Shown in pieces: positions 14,716 to 15,636 of a stretch of 15,636 bases of DNA. Origin of the DNA: Candidatus Micrarchaeota archaeon (GTDB lineage Archaea; B1Sed10-29; JAJSAI01); assembly GCA_964625085.1 (NCBI GenBank), contig CAZVAJ010000016.1:1-15636 (forward strand), given 5' to 3'. Position numbers and translations under genes: made by a program. Under the pieces are notes generated by a model, which was given only the letters and a program-made list of their open reading frames with translations, had not been told where the DNA came from and made no database searches. The number at the start of each line of letters is the position of its first letter. The stretch's first letter is position 1.

Positions 14716-15636
14716 CAGGCTGTTTGACCTCATAGGAGAAAAACTGCTTCCAGACCTTTCAACCAGCTCTATCTCAAAAGTGGCAGGAGAAAAAATAACT
14801 CGCACCCACCTAAAAAAGGTGTCGGAAAGCACCGGGGCAATACGTGTCATCACCGCTATTGATTTCATGAAACTCAGGGTGCATAACTTTCTGATGTTCT
14901 TTCTGGTTAAGGACAAGGACCAAAAATTTGACATGCACGAAAAGCTCTGCAGACTGCCATTCGCGTCCAGGGTGGCAACAATATCAGGATCAAAAGCGGA
15001 TTTCATGGTCCACTTCAGGACAAACGAGTACAGCCACGTGCATAATGTAATCTATCCTGCGATAGCAGAATACAAGGACCTGCTTAAAGTGGAAGCAGTT
15101 TACCCGGCATCCCCTGTATACGATCTGCTCATCCATTACCCTGAGGCCTCTGAACCCCCCCACGAAAAAATAAGCCTGCTCGACTGGAAGATCTTAAGCG
15201 AGATAAAAGAAGATGCGCTGAAGACATACAAAGAGATAGGAAAAAAAGTGGGCGTCAGCGAGCACACGGTCAGGAACAGGATAAAAAAGATGCACAGCAA
15301 AGGCGTGATCAAAGGGTATATTGTAGTAAGGGTGTGGGACAAGTATCCCGCGGAACAGGTCCCGGTAATTGGTCTTATAGGCCTTACAGGAAAAGAAAAA
15401 GGAATGCATAACTTCCTGAACGCGTTCATGGAATCCAACGCGTTCAATCTGTGCATGTACCACACGTACGGCAAGTACGCCTACCTGATAGAATTCAGAA
15501 TAGGAAGTATGATAGAACTGCAGAAACTCATCAAAAGACTTCCCAAAAAAGACATACGGGTCCTAGACTTTTACACACTATTCGACCAAACGTACCCCAA
15601 CTGGGCAGAGTCAGTAGTGAAATATTGGAAAAAATA
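14693..15636 (+). CDS. Second, paralogous double-domain Lrp/AsnC-like regulator (reaches the window edge; not in the ORF track)
   Basis: ATG at 14693 with GGAGG SD and 314 open codons. HTH LDWKILSEIKEDALKTYKEIGKKVGVSEHTVRNRIKKMHSKGVIKGY. The window ends ...YWKK plus 'TA', possibly the start of the stop codon. Confidence 0.85.
   Translation, partial: MKGINEANRLFDLIGEKLLPDLSTSSISKVAGEKITRTHLKKVSESTGAIRVITAIDFMKLRVHNFLMFFLVKDKDQKFDMHEKLCRLPFASRVATISGSKADFMVHFRTNEYSHVHNVIYPAIAEYKDLLKVEAVYPASPVYDLLIHYPEASEPPHEKISLLDWKILSEIKEDALKTYKEIGKKVGVSEHTVRNRIKKMHSKGVIKGYIVVRVWDKYPAEQVPVIGLIGLTGKEKGMHNFLNAFMESNAFNLCMYHTYGKYAYLIEFRIGSMIELQKLIKRLPKKDIRVLDFYTLFDQTYPNWAESVVKYWKK

Noticed and set aside
124..15474. 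Numerous antisense and alternate-frame ORFs in the track (e.g. 4963-5463, 8210-8620, 10609-11151, 14605-15006, 15136-15474)
   Set aside because: They overlap well-supported genes, have Ser/Phe/Leu-rich shadow composition and show no recognisable motifs.
13822..15636. Siroheme decarboxylase AhbA/AhbB (NirDLGH), which are paired Lrp-fold enzymes
   Set aside because: The conserved H-x-Y-x-R motif is not seen and no heme-biosynthesis genes are nearby.

Overview
Archaeal genomic window, judged from BRE/TATA promoters, GGTGA Shine-Dalgarno (SD) sites and class III signal peptides. A DPANN/Altiarchaeota-like lineage is plausible but cannot be proven here. A small divergent membrane-protein gene is followed by two co-oriented blocks. 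Block 1 (875-7473) is an apparent polymorphic toxin locus. It starts with a 1676-aa secreted protein: 5 CARDB/Ig-like repeats, 4 cadherin-like DP(D/E)GD repeats, an internal hydrophobic+RRRKKK segment, an amphipathic/hydrophobic pre-toxin region, 7-aa DD repeats and a C-terminal PD-(D/E)XK-type nuclease. Next come a small putative immunity gene, a hidden stop-interrupted orphan toxin tip that repeats the pre-toxin linker but carries a different nuclease, and a second putative immunity gene. Block 2 (7605 to window end) is a tightly coupled type IV pilus/Tad-like operon: assembly ATPase, TadB/C-like membrane platform, six pilin-like proteins and an unannotated 37-aa leucine-zipper ORF, followed by two paralogous double-domain Lrp/AsnC-like regulators. 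No rRNA, tRNA, CRISPR array or transposase was seen. All family assignments are by eye from motifs; no database search was run.
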